Shown here in pieces: positions 62,417 through 64,000 of a stretch of 64,000 nt of DNA. Source of the DNA: an uncultured archaeon (GTDB lineage Archaea; EX4484-52; JAADEF01); assembly GCA_964407715.1 (NCBI GenBank), contig CAYOWP010000003.1:1-64000 (forward strand). Direction: 5' to 3'. Position 1 is the first letter of the stretch, and every line of letters begins with the position of its first letter. The translations under genes and the position numbers were made by a program. The notes under the pieces are model-generated. The model saw nothing but the letters and a program-made list of their open reading frames with translations, searched no databases and was not told the DNA's origin.

Positions 62417-62679
62417 GACATTGTCCAATAATTCTTTATTGTTAAGTGAAAACATAACCTCTCACAGAAGCGCATGAGAGCAGTTAACCCTTTGAGTAAG
62501 GCTACGCTTCCCGTTAACAAATTATTTTGAATAGATAAAAATTGTTAACGGGAAGAAATCGCTATTACTACAGGTTTTGTAGCATGTCATCTTTAAGGTT
62601 CGCTACTTTAATGCGCTTCTTTAAAAGGTTACTTTTCCGCTTAACAAAATTTGTTGATATGGAATTATTGGACAATGTC
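62417..62679. mobile_element. MITE, long chimeric form (263 bp)
   Basis: TIR GACATTGTCCAATAATTC/GAATTATTGGACAATGTC; perfect 9-bp TSD CACATTCAA (62408-62416 and 62680-62688). Confidence 0.92.
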
Positions 62680-62699
62680 CACATTCAAGAGTCATATTA

Positions 62700-63227
62700 C
62701 AGCAGATAACCTTTTTTTGGCATATTACTTGCATTAACTAAACTCTTTATTTGGAAAATGGTTAAGGTAAAATATTCTCTCAATCAAGCACATTAGAGGG
62801 CAGATGATCTCTCTCTGAAAAATGATAGTGCGAGAAAAAACCTTCATAATGAGATCCTTAATAATTTTAGAATTTATTTTATAAAATCTGGTTAACAGGA
62901 AAATATCGCTAACATAAAGATTTTGCAGCATGGCATCTTTTTAGGTGGTTAGCCGCTCCAATGTAATTGCTTTAGTGGTATGTTTCTCGTTAACCAAATT
63001 TTTATTTTGAAAGATGGTTAACGCGAGGAAATCGTTTTCACAAAGGCTTTGCAGCATGCTAACTTTTTTTGGTTATCTGCTTTTGATATGGATCATCTCC
63101 TGTTTAATAAAATTGGTTAAGAAAAATTTAATCTCCTTCTTAGGAGTATTACAGCAGCTAACCTTTTTTTAGCAGGTTATCATGCTGCAAAAACTTTCGT
63201 AATAATGTTTTTTTCTTCTGTTAACCA
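62700..63227. repeat. Palindromic module array (mixed orientation, degenerate)
   Basis: Units at about 62889-62996 (forward) and 63113-63227 (reverse), plus partials. Confidence 0.85.
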
Positions 63228-63320
63228 GTTCTATCTTATTAAGATTCTATTGGAGCGGAAGAAAATTTTTAAATAAAATAAATAAAATCAATAATTATAA
63301 ATATATTTGAATTTTCTTTT

Positions 63321-63404
63321 GTCGGGGTCGCCTAGCCTGGTATGGCGCCAGCCTGCTAAGCTGGTTCCCGTAAGGGATCGAGGGTTCGAATCCCTCCCCC
63401 GACG
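63321..63404 (+). tRNA. tRNA-Ser(GCT)
   Basis: GTCGGGG/CCCCGAC stem, CCAGC-CTGCTAA-GCTGG, long variable arm TCCC-GTAA-GGGA, G discriminator. Confidence 0.96.
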
Positions 63405-63411
63405 TTTTTTG

Positions 63412-63569
63412 GGCATTGTCCAATAATTTTTTGATGAGGATTTGTTAACGAGAAAATTCGTTCTTACAATCGCATTAGCTCTACAAGGTTCGCTACTTTA
63501 ATGCGCTTCTTTAAAAGGTTACTTTTCTGCTTAACAAAATTTGTTGATATGGAATTATTGAACAATGCC
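63412..63569. mobile_element. MITE, short form (158 bp)
   Basis: GGCATTGTCCAATAATT...AATTATTGAACAATGCC; perfect 9-bp TSD CGTTTTTTG. Confidence 0.92.
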
Positions 63570-63623
63570 CGTTTTTTGAGATTTGCAATAATCCTTTTAA
63601 AAAATATTTTTTAAGATAATAAT

Positions 63624-64000
63624 ATGCAATTCAACGTGGTTATGCTCGGCTCAGATGACTCTGCAATAAGGAAAGAAAGTTATTTTAGGAAAGTTCTCCT
63701 ACATTTAAGAGAATATTGGAAAAGCATTCTTCTCCTCGTTCCATCTAAAGAAGGTAAGAAAGGATTTTATAAAGTAACAGATGGAGTATGGTATTATTAT
63801 TTTCCTTCTTTCTTTCATCTTCTCCTCTTTGCATTGAGCAGACATAAAATAAAAGCAAAATTGATTATCACAATGGATCCTTTTTTGTATGGTCTTGTAG
63901 GCATGCTATTAAAACATAAAAAACTTAAATTGGTTATGGAATTACATTCGCAAAATCTTTTTAATAAAAAGTGGTTACAATACAGAAGAAGAAATCTGTT
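63624..64000 (+). CDS. Probable glycosyltransferase family 4, N-terminal part (runs off the window edge)
   Basis: Manual translation MQFNVVMLGSD...LIITMDPFLYGLVG...VMELHS, open to the end of the window. Confidence 0.6.
   Translation, partial: MQFNVVMLGSDDSAIRKESYFRKVLLHLREYWKSILLLVPSKEGKKGFYKVTDGVWYYYFPSFFHLLLFALSRHKIKAKLIITMDPFLYGLVGMLLKHKKLKLVMELHSQNLFNKKWLQYRRRNL

Noticed and set aside
62734-62931. 65-aa ORF
   Set aside because: Lies within a degenerate repeat array with no coding signal

Overview
AT-rich archaeal chromosomal window. Archaeal information-processing genes (EF-1alpha, SecY, L14e/L34e/L40e, PolD DP1, RFC, proteasome beta, FttA/aCPSF1, Dph5, Rio1), compact gene packing and many pilin-like or surface proteins suggest a DPANN-type archaeon; this lineage call is inference. 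The window holds about 55 CDSs, three tRNAs (Gly-TCC, Cys-GCA, Ser-GCT) and two tandem box C/D-like sRNAs. The most striking unexplained feature is a non-coding repeat system. An imperfect palindromic module (TGGTTAACGGGAA...AGCATGCTAACC-loop-GGTTAGCTGCT...TTCCCGTTAACCA, about 110 or 138 bp, with a conserved one-base bulge) forms tandem arrays in at least six intergenic regions. Variants of the same module are the cargo of a MITE family (TIR GGCATTGTCCAATAAT, 9-bp target duplications, six copies, long and short forms). No transposase, integrase or cas gene lies in the window. Other notable items are a pilin gene apparently split by an inserted beta-helix gene, an HTH/S-layer-domain regulator beside two paralogous surface proteins, an eS26 homologue, an orphan AddB-like nuclease and a rearranged ribosomal-proteasome-FttA operon. 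All protein calls come from motif recognition; no database searches were run.
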